From contig MFNF01000027.1 of the NCBI GenBank assembly GCA_001783715.1, positions 3,290-67,289 of the forward strand: a DNA stretch of 64,000 bases, read 5' to 3'. The notes under the pieces were generated by a model. It was not told where the DNA came from and searched no databases. It was given only the letters and a program-made list of their open reading frames with translations. The stretch's first letter is position 1, and each line of letters opens with the position of its first letter. The position numbers were made by a program, and so were the translations under genes. Shown in pieces: positions 17,502 to 26,923 of this stretch. Origin of the DNA: Candidatus Lambdaproteobacteria bacterium RIFOXYD2_FULL_56_26. GTDB taxonomy: Bacteria > SAR324 > XYD2-FULL-50-16.

Positions 17502-18701
17502 TCAATAGACCGTCTGGTGTCTTGTGGACCTGCCAAAGGCCAGGGCAATCCAAGGGACGAGGCACAAGGCACCGACCCCCACCAGCCCGATGGTCTGCAT
17601 CCCGTAGAGGTGCCCCCCTTCGATGTGCAGCAAGGGGCTGGACCAAAATCCGCCTAGACCCATGGCCAAGTGGCCGACAATGGTGTTCATCGACATCAGC
17701 CGGCCACGAAACTGGATGGGTAGAAGCTCGGAAAGGTTAAGCTGGTGCACCGGTACCCGGATGGAGCCGCCGAACATCATGCCTGCAAAAAAAAGCCCCA
17801 AGGGCGGATCGGGGACCCATTCCGAACAGGCGACCCCCAAAAACAGCGCCATCACCAAAGAACCCCCGGAGATCAGCCCTCGCCGGAGCCTTCTTTTCAA
17901 AAACTCCCCGGCCAGACGGTTGCCCAGCACCGCTCCAATCCCCCCCTGCATGTAACAAAGGGCGATCTGGCCCGCATCGTAGCCGTAGTTGGTGGAGAAC
18001 CACACCGCAATGTTGGGCACCACCCCAAACAGGCCGATCAGCATAAGAAATTGCAGCCCAAAGGCCAGCTGAACCGGCTTGAGCGCCCAGAGCCCCAAAA
18101 GCTGCCGGTATTGGGAGAGGATTTTCCCCTCCGCTTGGGTGGGCACCGAGGGTAGAGCCAAAAAGGGGATCAACCCCAAGAGCGACAACAAAGAGATCAT
18201 CCCAAACACCCCCTGCCATCCCAACCAAGAGCCGATCCAGGCCCCCATTGGGACACCGAAGATGCTGGCGGCGGAAAAGGAAAGGGAGAGATTGGCGATG
18301 ATCCGACCCCGGTCTTCCCCCTTAAAGGTATCCCCGGCAAAGGCAAAGCTGTTGGGCAGCACCGGGCCGCCAAAGACCCCCGAGAGGATGCGGAACAAAA
18401 AAATCTGCCAAACCTCGGTGGAAAGCGCCACCCCCAGGGAAGCCAAGGAAAACCCGGCCAGCAGGAACAGGGTCATTTTTTTTCGGCCCAACCGGTCCGA
18501 AAAGGGGGCCAGCAAAAGAGAGCTGAGCGCTGCGGCTATGGGGTAGGAGGAAAGCAGAAAACCGGTGCGGGTGGGGGCGAGGCCCAGGGTCCTGGAGATG
18601 TCCATCACCAAGGGTACCATGACCAAATAATCCATCATCACCAAAAAGTTCAATAGGAACAGCAGGGTTCCAAAAAACTTGGGACTGTGGATTTCTTTCA
18701 T
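17502..18701 (-). CDS. MFS transporter.
   Basis: 399 aa, about 12 predicted TM helices, with an MFS motif A-like segment GFLLSSYPIAAALSSLLLAPFSDRLGRKK. Confidence 0.8.
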   Translation of the reverse strand: MKEIHSPKFFGTLLFLLNFLVMMDYLVMVPLVMDISRTLGLAPTRTGFLLSSYPIAAALSSLLLAPFSDRLGRKKMTLFLLAGFSLASLGVALSTEVWQIFLFRILSGVFGGPVLPNSFAFAGDTFKGEDRGRIIANLSLSFSAASIFGVPMGAWIGSWLGWQGVFGMISLLSLLGLIPFLALPSVPTQAEGKILSQYRQLLGLWALKPVQLAFGLQFLMLIGLFGVVPNIAVWFSTNYGYDAGQIALCYMQGGIGAVLGNRLAGEFLKRRLRRGLISGGSLVMALFLGVACSEWVPDPPLGLFFAGMMFGGSIRVPVHQLNLSELLPIQFRGRLMSMNTIVGHLAMGLGGFWSSPLLHIEGGHLYGMQTIGLVGVGALCLVPWIALAFGRSTRHQTVY

Positions 18702-18777
18702 TTGAGGAAGGGAATCGGGCCGAGGAAGTCTCGGCCCTTTGGCAGGGTTAAACCACGAAAGTTAAACCCGTCAAGCA

Positions 18778-19284
18778 TTAAGCACGCTTGGCGGCAGCCA
18801 AGGCAGCGTCGTAGTTGGGTTCTTGGGTGATTTCGGGGACCTGCTCGGTGTACTTCACCTTGCCGTCGGCACCAACCACTACCACCGCCCGAGAGAGCAG
18901 GCCCTTGAGTGCGCCGGTGGTCATCCGTGCGCCGTAGGCTTCACCAAAGCCCAAAGCCCGGAGTTCGGAAAGGCTGTCCAAGTTGGCGATCCCTTCGGCA
19001 CCGCAAAACCGGGAATGGGCAAAAGGCAGGTCCCGAGAGATACACAGCACCTTGGTGTTGGACAAGGCGGCTGCGTCCTTGTTGAAGTGCCGCACGCTGG
19101 TGGCGCAAACCCCGGTGTCCACAGAAGGGAAAATGTTCAGTACCAAGGTCATCCCTTTGTAGTGGGCCAAGGTGACATCGGAAAGGTCGGTTTTGGTCAG
19201 GGAAAAATCGGGGGCCACGGATCCAACCGCCGGGAGGTTTCCGCAGGTTTGTACTGCGTTGCCTTTGAGGGTGATTTGTGCCAT
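18778..19284 (-). CDS. tpx: Thiol peroxidase (Tpx, atypical 2-Cys peroxiredoxin).
   Basis: 168 aa, FPSVDTGVCATSVRHFN with the peroxidatic Cys context, typical Tpx length and termini. Confidence 0.85.
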   Translation of the reverse strand: MAQITLKGNAVQTCGNLPAVGSVAPDFSLTKTDLSDVTLAHYKGMTLVLNIFPSVDTGVCATSVRHFNKDAAALSNTKVLCISRDLPFAHSRFCGAEGIANLDSLSELRALGFGEAYGARMTTGALKGLLSRAVVVVGADGKVKYTEQVPEITQEPNYDAALAAAKRA

Positions 19285-19642
19285 CTGTCGTCTCCGAATT
19301 CAGGTTGTTGGAAAGGGAGTTGTTGTTGCCTTTCAAAATGAAATGGTTCCGCCAAAAAAGCAACCGGGCTGTTGAGGGTTGTGGTTTAGGGTAGGGTCGT
19401 AAACTCCGGGTCCGTCTGGTCCCCTACCTCCACCGGCAATTGCTTTAGGATAAGGGGTTTTGGGTCGGTTTGTTGGTAGTCTGGGCTACTTTGGGCCGGT
19501 TTTGCCTTGGTCTTGGATGCAAGGGAAAATTGACAAGCCAAAGCGGGGGTGGCTAAGGTGGGGCAAAATACCTGCCAATACGCCAGGGGGCTACCGGTTG
19601 GGAGGTGATCAATCTTGTGATACATCAGGGGGAGACGGAAAT

Positions 19643-21406
19643 ATGAAACGGATTTTAACCAGCTGTTTGCCCTTTTGGGGCCTTTTGTTGCCGGTTGCGG
19701 CTTTTGCCCAGTCGGCCAACCCTTCCTTGGCCATGCCACCCAAAGAAAGCCTGCATCTGTATCAATCGCCGGGAGGGGCGGTTTACCTGCACCCGGACCA
19801 GCCGCTGTACCTCTCCCTTTCGGGCAGCCCCGACGGCCCCAAACTGCCGCTCCAAACCAAAGCAGAGAGTCTGGCCAAGAATCCACGGTCCGGTCAGCCC
19901 TTTTACTTTAAGGACGGCGCAGGTCGGCACACCTTGGTTCACCCCGATGGGGATGCAGACACCGCCAAAACCCACAAAAGAAGGGCGGACGTTCCGGGGG
20001 ACGAAAACATCTTTTACTTCCACCTGGACGGCAAGGCCCCGCTCAGCAGGCCGGTGCCCAAAAGCGCTACCCAGGCCCACAACCGGGGGGTCATCTTTTT
20101 TGGTGAACCGGTGGAGATCCAGTTGGTTTCCGAAGACCAAGGAGAAGGGTTGAAGGTCAACCAATCGGGTGTGGTGGCAGTCTATTCCTCCTTGGATGGC
20201 GCTCCCTTTGAAAAGGTAACCGGTCCCTTGGGCTTTGCCGAAGAACGAGCCTACGAACTGCGGTACTATGGGGAAGACAACGTGGGGAACCAGGAAGCGG
20301 TGCGCCGGTACCGGTTCCAGATCGACAAAACCGCCCCTAACTCAAAACTGCGTTTCCGAGGTCCCGAATCGGGGACCTTTGTTTCCCCCTCGACCTTGGT
20401 AGTGCTTTCAGCCCAGGACACCGGTGCCGGAGTCGGGGTCACTCGCTACCAGATCAAAGGCAAAGGCGGAGCGGAAGGAAACTACCAGAGGCCAATCAAC
20501 CTTGCAGGGCTGGGGCAGGGGGATTACCAGATCCATTATTGGTCCCAAGACAAGTTGGGCAATGCCGAGACCGCCAAGTCCCAGAGCTTTACCCTGGACC
20601 GGACGGCTCCCAAAATCGAGATGGGCAACGAAGGGCCGGTTTTCCGGGAAAAAGGCAACCTGTTTGTCGGCCCCAACACCAAGTTGACCGCATCGGTCTC
20701 GGACAACGGTGCCGGGGTGGCTTGGATGAAGTACAAGCTGGACCAGGACTCGGGGGTTTACCAGGGACCGGTCGGCCTGCCCAAAAAGGCGGGCAGGTTT
20801 GTGTTTAAGCTGTGGGCCGCCGACAAGGTGGGCAACCAAACCCAGGCCTACGAATACGAGCTGACCCAGGACCCGGTCCCGCCGACCAGCCACTTTGCCT
20901 TTTCCGGTCCCCATTCTGCGGACAGCAAGGGAAAGTTCATTGCCGGTTCGGCCAAGGTGACCTTAAGCGCCGAAGACAAATCCTCGGGGGTCAAGGAGAT
21001 CGGCTACCAGCTCGACCAAGGGGCGGAGGGGGTCTATCGGGAAGCAGTGACCGCTGCCGCCGGTCCCCATGAGCTGGCCTATTTTTCTACCGACAATGTG
21101 GGCAACCGGGAAAAGAAAAACAAACTCCACTTTTTTGTTGATGCCGACCCGCCGGAGATCACCACCAAGATGAGCGTGGGCTCGATGGGGGAGGAGCGTT
21201 TTCCCAAGGGCAGTTTGTTGTTTGTGATCGCCACCGACAAGGCCTCGGGGCTTGAAAAGGTAGAAATCTCCATCAACGGCTCCAAGGCCAGTTTGCTCCA
21301 ACAACCGCCTAAGTTCGACGAGCCGGGCCGCTACAAGGTGGAACTGGCGGCGACCGACAAGGTGGGCAATCGCTCGACCGCAACGGTGAGCTTTTTGATC
21401 CAATAA
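19643..21406 (+). CDS. Secreted protein with 4-5 tandem Ig-like/beta-sandwich repeats of about 95 aa (OmpL47/Big-like).
   Basis: Signal peptide MKRILTSCLPFWGLLLPVAAFAQS. Recurring motif TAP...L.F.GP......T.L.LSA.D..SGV..I.Y.L..G.Y.GP......G.Y...Y.S.DKVGN.E. The track ORF 19460..21406 was trimmed to the Met with a signal peptide. Confidence 0.6.
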   Translation: MKRILTSCLPFWGLLLPVAAFAQSANPSLAMPPKESLHLYQSPGGAVYLHPDQPLYLSLSGSPDGPKLPLQTKAESLAKNPRSGQPFYFKDGAGRHTLVHPDGDADTAKTHKRRADVPGDENIFYFHLDGKAPLSRPVPKSATQAHNRGVIFFGEPVEIQLVSEDQGEGLKVNQSGVVAVYSSLDGAPFEKVTGPLGFAEERAYELRYYGEDNVGNQEAVRRYRFQIDKTAPNSKLRFRGPESGTFVSPSTLVVLSAQDTGAGVGVTRYQIKGKGGAEGNYQRPINLAGLGQGDYQIHYWSQDKLGNAETAKSQSFTLDRTAPKIEMGNEGPVFREKGNLFVGPNTKLTASVSDNGAGVAWMKYKLDQDSGVYQGPVGLPKKAGRFVFKLWAADKVGNQTQAYEYELTQDPVPPTSHFAFSGPHSADSKGKFIAGSAKVTLSAEDKSSGVKEIGYQLDQGAEGVYREAVTAAAGPHELAYFSTDNVGNREKKNKLHFFVDADPPEITTKMSVGSMGEERFPKGSLLFVIATDKASGLEKVEISINGSKASLLQQPPKFDEPGRYKVELAATDKVGNRSTATVSFLIQ

Positions 21407-21410
21407 CCCT

Positions 21411-22097
21411 ATGGCCCACCGGTTCCTCCTTTTTGGGGTTTTGCTCCTCCTGTCCTCGGTGGCCTGGGGCTATCCGCCCAAGGACCAGAAAAAATTCCTG
21501 GTCCGAGGGAACTGTCCAGGTTGCGACTTGACTGCGGCATTGGTCCAAAAGGTCCAGATGGAAGGGGTGAACCTGCAAGGGGCGACCTTGTGGCGGTCCT
21601 ATTGGGTCGAGGTAAATTTTCCCCAGGCGGATTTTCAAGGGGCCGACCTGGAGGAAAGTTTTTGCAACGATTCCTCTTTCTCCAAGGCTCGGTTCAGTCG
21701 GGCGATGATGTACCGGAGCTATTTTAAACGGGTGGACCTCTCGGATGCGGACCTCTCTTTTGTGGTGGCCCAGGAGGTTTGGATGGACGAATCCAACCTC
21801 CAAGGGGCCCAGCTCAACCAAGCCCTGCTCTACAAGGCGAGGTTTACTAAGGCCGACCTGAGGGAAGCAAACCTGTCGGGGGCGATTTTGGTGGAGGCGG
21901 ACCTTTTGGGGGCGGACCTGCGGGGGGCAAACCTCAAGGGGGCCATCTTGGCGGGGGCGAACCTGGAAAAGGCTTTGCTCGAAGGGGCCTTGCTCGATGG
22001 GGCGAGGTGGACCGACGGGTTTGAATGCCAGCCCGGTTCGGTGGGCCAATGTATCAAAGAGGATTTTAAATTGGTTTGGGAGCCCCGGCAGGAATAA
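21411..22097 (+). CDS. Secreted pentapeptide-repeat protein.
   Basis: Signal peptide, then many A(D/N)LxG/A(N/D)LxxA pentapeptide units (ADLREANLSGAILVEADLLGADLRGANLKGAILAGANLEKALLEGALL). Starts 5 bp after the Ig-like repeat gene. Confidence 0.75.
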   Translation: MAHRFLLFGVLLLLSSVAWGYPPKDQKKFLVRGNCPGCDLTAALVQKVQMEGVNLQGATLWRSYWVEVNFPQADFQGADLEESFCNDSSFSKARFSRAMMYRSYFKRVDLSDADLSFVVAQEVWMDESNLQGAQLNQALLYKARFTKADLREANLSGAILVEADLLGADLRGANLKGAILAGANLEKALLEGALLDGARWTDGFECQPGSVGQCIKEDFKLVWEPRQE

Positions 22098-22141
22098 CCC
22101 AGGCCGAGCAGCCCCGGCCAGAGTGGCTTTCCCCCTAAAAA

Positions 22142-23335
22142 CTAGGGTGCCTGGAGCGCCCGGTTGCGGCCCTGTTGGAACCAGGCCAACAAAAAGCCCA
22201 CAGAGACCAGCCCCAACAGGGCGGAACAGACCCCAAACATCCCCGGCAGGCCCAGCCAGGGGACCAAGGGGCTGACCAGGATCGGCGACGAGAACTGGCC
22301 CAAGAAAATTGCCATGGACATCAGCCCCATCCCCCGGCCCCGGAAGGTGGGAGGGAGGACCGCCACCAGGACCGTATTGAGGTTAGGGAAAAGATAGGCC
22401 AGCCCCATCCCCGCCAAAGCCAACCCGGCGAGCACCACCGGATAACTCCAGGTCGAGGACACCAGCCCCAGCCCCAGGCCCAACAGGGCGAAGGTGTAAG
22501 CAAAAATGGCCGGGCTGGCAAAACGCCCTTTGACCCTCTGGAAGGTCGGTGCCAAAAGGCCCATGGTCAAGGTCAAGGAGCCCACCGAGAAGCCGATCAT
22601 CGCCGGGGGAGCCTGGAAGGTTTGGGTCAACAAAAAGGGAATTTGGACCGGCACCAGATAAAAGACCACCATGGAAAAAAAGCCCAACAGATAGATCGGC
22701 AGGGTCCGGGACCAAGGCATGGAAGCGAGCACCTCTCCGGCCGCATTGTGGTCGCCCACCTTGGGCGGCTCTTGGACCAAATAGACGGCCAAGGGCAAGA
22801 CCACAAAGGCAAAGAGGTACACCAAAAAGGGGAACTGCCACCCGATCCCGGCGAGCAACCCGCCGCCCACCAAAAAGACCACCCCGCCCAGGGCCATGGC
22901 CATGACCTGAAACCCCATAAACCGGAAGTACAGCGGCCCCTTGAAGTAGTCGGCCACCAAGGTGGATGAACTGGTCATGATCCCCGCCACCCCGAGGCCC
23001 AGCAGCGCCCTTGTGACCAACAGGTGATAAAGGTCGGTCGTCCAAAACCCGGCGGTACCGCCTAGGCCGTACAGTACCAAAGAGAAAAACAGGATCGGCC
23101 TGCGTCCCATCCGGTCCAACAGCCACCCGGCCAAAGGGCTGCCGAAACCGACGAACAGAGCCGGTAAGGTAAGGACCAGCCGGACCAGCAGCGCCGAATT
23201 GGGGACCTCTGAAAAATGGGTCAACATCTGGGGCAAGGAAGGGGTGACGATCGCTCCGGCCATCACGGTCATTGAGCTGGCCAACAGCAAGGTCGCTTGG
23301 GTAGCACCTGAGTGCTTCAAAACAAAGGGTTCCAC
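22142..23335 (-). CDS. MFS transporter.
   Basis: 397 aa, about 12 TM helices, with a motif A-like GWLLDRMGRRP segment. Confidence 0.75.
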   Translation of the reverse strand: MEPFVLKHSGATQATLLLASSMTVMAGAIVTPSLPQMLTHFSEVPNSALLVRLVLTLPALFVGFGSPLAGWLLDRMGRRPILFFSLVLYGLGGTAGFWTTDLYHLLVTRALLGLGVAGIMTSSSTLVADYFKGPLYFRFMGFQVMAMALGGVVFLVGGGLLAGIGWQFPFLVYLFAFVVLPLAVYLVQEPPKVGDHNAAGEVLASMPWSRTLPIYLLGFFSMVVFYLVPVQIPFLLTQTFQAPPAMIGFSVGSLTLTMGLLAPTFQRVKGRFASPAIFAYTFALLGLGLGLVSSTWSYPVVLAGLALAGMGLAYLFPNLNTVLVAVLPPTFRGRGMGLMSMAIFLGQFSSPILVSPLVPWLGLPGMFGVCSALLGLVSVGFLLAWFQQGRNRALQAP

Positions 23336-23435
23336 AGGAAAAAGCAGGAAGGGTTGGGTTGGGTTGGGGCCTCAAGGCACGAGGCCCCTTGATTGGAGAT
23401 TGGAACACTGGGAAACGGGAAAAGTAAAGAAAAGC

Positions 23436-23696
23436 CTAGTTTCCTAATTTTTCGCAGAGTTTTTCAAGTTGTTTGGTCGGCAGGTCGCCCAAGGCACCGG
23501 GGTCCAGGTCGTTGATCATCGCCTGGAGGGGTGTGTGTCTGGCGTAGGTGTAACCGAAGTTGATCGCACTGATCCCGATCACCACCAAGAGCATCCAAAG
23601 CAAAAAGCCCCGTTTGACCAACTGGTAGGCGGCGATTCCGGTGGCCAAGGCCCCTAGGCCCATGGCGATGTAGGCTATCCAAAGGTTCGTTTCCAT
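23436..23696 (-). CDS. Small two-TM membrane protein (86 aa), hypothetical.
   Basis: Two hydrophobic helices. First gene downstream (on the minus strand) of the 276-aa hypothetical, with a 6-bp gap. Confidence 0.4.
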   Translation of the reverse strand: METNLWIAYIAMGLGALATGIAAYQLVKRGFLLWMLLVVIGISAINFGYTYARHTPLQAMINDLDPGALGDLPTKQLEKLCEKLGN

Positions 23697-23702
23697 AGGC
23701 TC

Positions 23703-24533
23703 CTAATGTTCCCCTTTTTTTAGGTCTTCGGTTTTAAAGTGCTTCTTTAATTTGTCCCAAATTTCAACATGGCTTTCGTCCTGTTCCCCGGTCCGTTTGA
23801 GCCGCTCAAAATAATAGCCCAGGGCCACCTTTTCTTCCACCGACAAGGTCCGCACATGGATGCCAAAGGCCTCCTTGAGCAGCAGGACCAGCTCTCCGGT
23901 GGGCCTACCGGTGTAGATGGTTTTGGTCCTGGGCCGAGGTTTGGCTTCCGGGGGGGCAGCTTTTTTGCCGATGGACTTGAAGCTTTTTTCGGCAAATTCC
24001 TGGTTGTGCAGCACCTTGCTGATCAAAAACATCGCTTGGTTTTGGTTCTGCACCTCTGCTTGGCCGTCGATGATGATAAAGGCCTTGCGGAAGGTCGGGG
24101 TCGAGGAAAGTAGGTTCCACAGCGGCCTTTGCTGGATGGCGATGATGCTGGTGCCTTCAGGGAACTCTTTCCATTTGGTGCGGAAGTGCCAGATGTCCTT
24201 GTTGCCGCTGGTCAGGGCTTTGCGCTCAATCTGTTTGTCCAGGTCCCCAAAGGTGCTGATCCGCATTTTCAGGACCGTTTGCAACTCGGTGGGGATTTCC
24301 TGTTTGGTCCGTTTGAGGTTGATGGAATTTTTCAGGATCGGGGTGAACATCCCCCCGTTGGTATTGGCGGCAATAGCAATGTAATACCAAGTCTGCAAAA
24401 AAAGATGGTGCAGAACGTCCAAGGTTTGTTCCCATTCCCGAGAGGATTCCAGTTCGTGGTCAAACGCTTGCCCGTCGGTTTTTTTTCCCAATCGGTCGGC
24501 TTTGGCGTTATGGTAGGAATGGTCGTCCGTCAC
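23703..24533 (-). CDS. Hypothetical protein (276 aa), K/E-rich, no recognisable domain.
   Basis: Clean ORF. Protein composition and codon usage differ from neighbours; local GC is roughly 52% by eye. Confidence 0.5.
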   Translation of the reverse strand: MTDDHSYHNAKADRLGKKTDGQAFDHELESSREWEQTLDVLHHLFLQTWYYIAIAANTNGGMFTPILKNSINLKRTKQEIPTELQTVLKMRISTFGDLDKQIERKALTSGNKDIWHFRTKWKEFPEGTSIIAIQQRPLWNLLSSTPTFRKAFIIIDGQAEVQNQNQAMFLISKVLHNQEFAEKSFKSIGKKAAPPEAKPRPRTKTIYTGRPTGELVLLLKEAFGIHVRTLSVEEKVALGYYFERLKRTGEQDESHVEIWDKLKKHFKTEDLKKGEH

Positions 24534-24646
24534 TGGTCAGCCGGTGGCATTGGGTCGCTGGGCCCGAGCCATTATAAAAACTCGGGCTTTTACCCGATCA
24601 TAGCGACAAACCAATCTTTGGGCAAGGTCTTCTAGGGGTGAATCTT

Positions 24647-25972
24647 TCAGCCGGTTAACCCTCGACGTGCCCGTGCGATGTGCCAGGAAAGAGAGTCCAT
24701 CGACTCCTTGAGTTCGATGCGTGACAAGATCCGGCCTCGCTTTTTGGGGATCACCGAAAAAACGTAGGTCACAAAGTCGGAAACCAGATTGACCTGTTGG
24801 GGGTCGTTGATCGCCTTGAGCTGTTTGCGCAAAAACGCCGCCAGTTGTTCCTTGGAGCACTTTTGGAAGACCGCCGCCACCAAGGCCACCTGCTCCTCCA
24901 AGGGGCCGGTGATGTCCTTGGGATAAAAGCGGTTGAACATTTTTTGGCTGAACAAAAATCTACCGCTGATCCCCGCTCCGCCAATGGCCACCATTTCCAT
25001 TACGTTGAGCGCCAAGAGGTCCATGGCCCCAAATCCGATGATCCCCAAAGCCAGGATCAAGGGGACCAGCTGGAGGGTCAGCCTTTTTTTCTCCGCCTCC
25101 ACGTACCGATTGTTGTAGAGCTTTGCGTCTTTAAAAAGCTTGAGGGCTTCCAAAAAGGGCTTGCCCGCAAAAATCAATTCTTCGGCGCTGGCCAGTTTTT
25201 CCTTGAACGCCTTTTCGGTGGCTCGTTTTTTCTCCAAGGAATCCTTGTTGATCAGGTCTTGGATCACGTACCTCCGGGTACTCCTCATCCGGTCCGAAAG
25301 GATCTGGATGAACTCGTTGGGGTTGTCGGGGTTGAGGGTCCGAGCCCGGTGGATCGCCCGTTCGGAGATGTAGTCGGAGATGTCGTCGTAAAGTTTTTTG
25401 GGGTTTGCCGGAGCGGTGTATTTCTCCGCATCCTTGGACCGGGGCTTGGACTGGGCCTCTCGCCGTTCCCGTTCCAGGTCGTTTTCGTAGCGGATACAGT
25501 GGCTGAACATCTGGGTGATCACGTCGTAGTTGTCCGAGCCAACCTTCATCATCTGGATGAAGGTCTCCCCCATGGCGTGGGCGTAGGCGGAGAAGATCCG
25601 GCCCGAGTCCGGGTGCCGGTAGCTGGGCATGTCCCCGGTACTGTGTCCGGCGACCGCCATTTCCACCAGGGACTTCCAAAATTCCTTGAATTCCACTTTG
25701 GCCGGTTCCTGCCAAAACAAGGACACCACGGCGTGGCTGGCATAAGGAGCGGTTTCTTCCCGTTCCAAAAGGATTTGCAGGAGGCTTTGGAAGTATTTGA
25801 TCTTGTCGGGGTGGTGCAGCTTGGACAAAAGCTCGGCTCCAATCTGAAGATAGACCTTTTCGATCTCCATCTCCCGTTCGCTGATAAAAATGACCTTTTG
25901 GGCCAATTTTTGGGCGATGCTTTGGCTGCCGCTTTGGGGTTCGATCCGTTCTTCTTTTTTGGCCATGTTCAT
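24647..25972 (-). CDS. Hypothetical protein (about 441 aa) with one central TM segment, K/E-rich.
   Basis: The track ORF 24647..26851 was trimmed to Met MNMAKKEER at 25972. The upstream 290 codons are G/P/H/R-rich antisense read-through of the divergent gene. The TM segment is LVPLILALGIIGFGAMDLLAL. Confidence 0.5.
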   Translation of the reverse strand: MNMAKKEERIEPQSGSQSIAQKLAQKVIFISEREMEIEKVYLQIGAELLSKLHHPDKIKYFQSLLQILLEREETAPYASHAVVSLFWQEPAKVEFKEFWKSLVEMAVAGHSTGDMPSYRHPDSGRIFSAYAHAMGETFIQMMKVGSDNYDVITQMFSHCIRYENDLERERREAQSKPRSKDAEKYTAPANPKKLYDDISDYISERAIHRARTLNPDNPNEFIQILSDRMRSTRRYVIQDLINKDSLEKKRATEKAFKEKLASAEELIFAGKPFLEALKLFKDAKLYNNRYVEAEKKRLTLQLVPLILALGIIGFGAMDLLALNVMEMVAIGGAGISGRFLFSQKMFNRFYPKDITGPLEEQVALVAAVFQKCSKEQLAAFLRKQLKAINDPQQVNLVSDFVTYVFSVIPKKRGRILSRIELKESMDSLSWHIARARRGLTG

Positions 25973-26242
25973 GAGGTAACTCCAGTGGACAAAGTAATCC
26001 CGTTTCCAAGAAAGAATGCAAGTCAAGTGCCCCAGGGGCAAAGCCCCCAGGCAAGGGGTTTGGGGCCAACCCACGGGAGGCGGGGCAGAATCTCGGTGGA
26101 CTTTTGCGGCAGGTTGGGCGTAAATTCGAACGGTCCCAAACGGGGACTTTGGGCGACCAGACCAAAGCCCAAAAACGCCCCAAAGGCGGGCCTGGAACCC
26201 ACCAAAACCGGTTTCCAAGGTAAAACCACCGAAGGCAAACAG

Positions 26243-26923
26243 ATGAGCAAGGTCGAAAAACGATTGGCCAAACTGGAGCGGGACAAGGGACTGCACAGCC
26301 GTTTTGGCTCCCCCCAAGGGAGCGGGGAGCCCAACCGGCACGGGATGCCTAAGCTGCCGCCCGGCCAAAGACAGGTGGAAACTTGGCCGGTCCTCGACTT
26401 GGGCCATGTGCCCACACTCTCCCGAGAAAACTGGAAACTGTCGGTCAACGGCTTGGTGGAACAGCCGTTGGAGCTGAACTTCCAGGAATTTTTGGCCTTG
26501 GGGTCGGTGGAGGATGTCTCGGACTTCCACTGCGTCACCGGCTGGAGCCGGATGGACAACCATTGGAAAGGGGTCCGGGTCAAGGACTTGGCCGCCAAGG
26601 CCGGGCTCAAGCCCCAGGTGACCCATGTACAAATTACCGCCTACGACCTTGCTCCAGGCACCGAAATCCCCTACACCACCAACCTTCCGCTGGACCAAGC
26701 GCTGGAAGAGGACGTGCTTTTGGTTTACCAGTGGGAAGGCAAATCCCTGGCGGCCGAACATGGCGGACCGGTGCGGATGATCACCCCCAAACTGTGGGCC
26801 TGGAAAGGGGCCAAGTGGGTGCGGGCGCTCAGTTTTATCGACCACGACCAACCGGGCTTTTGGGAAGTCCGGGGTTATTCCAACACCGCCGAACCCTGGT
26901 ACGATGACCGCTACTCCTATTAG
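26243..26923 (+). CDS. Small sulfite-oxidase-like molybdopterin-binding oxidoreductase domain protein.
   Basis: FHCVTGWSRMDNHWKGVRVKDL..., LVYQWEGKSL, HGGPVRMITPKLWAWKGAKWV. Start chosen at the Met preceded by gaagg. The track ORF 24797..26923 upstream part is antisense run-on. Confidence 0.7.
   Translation: MSKVEKRLAKLERDKGLHSRFGSPQGSGEPNRHGMPKLPPGQRQVETWPVLDLGHVPTLSRENWKLSVNGLVEQPLELNFQEFLALGSVEDVSDFHCVTGWSRMDNHWKGVRVKDLAAKAGLKPQVTHVQITAYDLAPGTEIPYTTNLPLDQALEEDVLLVYQWEGKSLAAEHGGPVRMITPKLWAWKGAKWVRALSFIDHDQPGFWEVRGYSNTAEPWYDDRYSY

Noticed and set aside
18702-18777. Hairpin GGGCCGAG-gaagt-CTCGGCCC between the MFS gene and tpx, as a terminator.
   Set aside because: It is a perfect palindrome but lacks a U-tract on the minus (tpx) strand. 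Too ambiguous to call a terminator.
19386-19886. Minus-strand ORF (166 aa) overlapping the promoter and 5' end of the Ig-like-repeat gene.
   Set aside because: It spans a non-coding leader, has no ribosome-binding site, and its composition is not protein-like.
22175-23408. + and - ORFs of 260-340 aa rich in H/Q/G/R opposite or overlapping the MFS transporter gene at 22142..23335.
   Set aside because: The MFS gene has clear 12-TM periodicity. The alternatives are low-complexity frame shadows.
24797-26851. Very long ORFs 24797..26923 (+, 708 aa) and 24647..26851 (-, 734 aa) that overlap each other almost entirely.
   Set aside because: Only the 3' third of the + ORF (molybdopterin domain, from Met at 26243) and the 3' two-thirds of the - ORF (from Met at 25972) look protein-like. 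The remainder of each is antisense read-through of the other gene.
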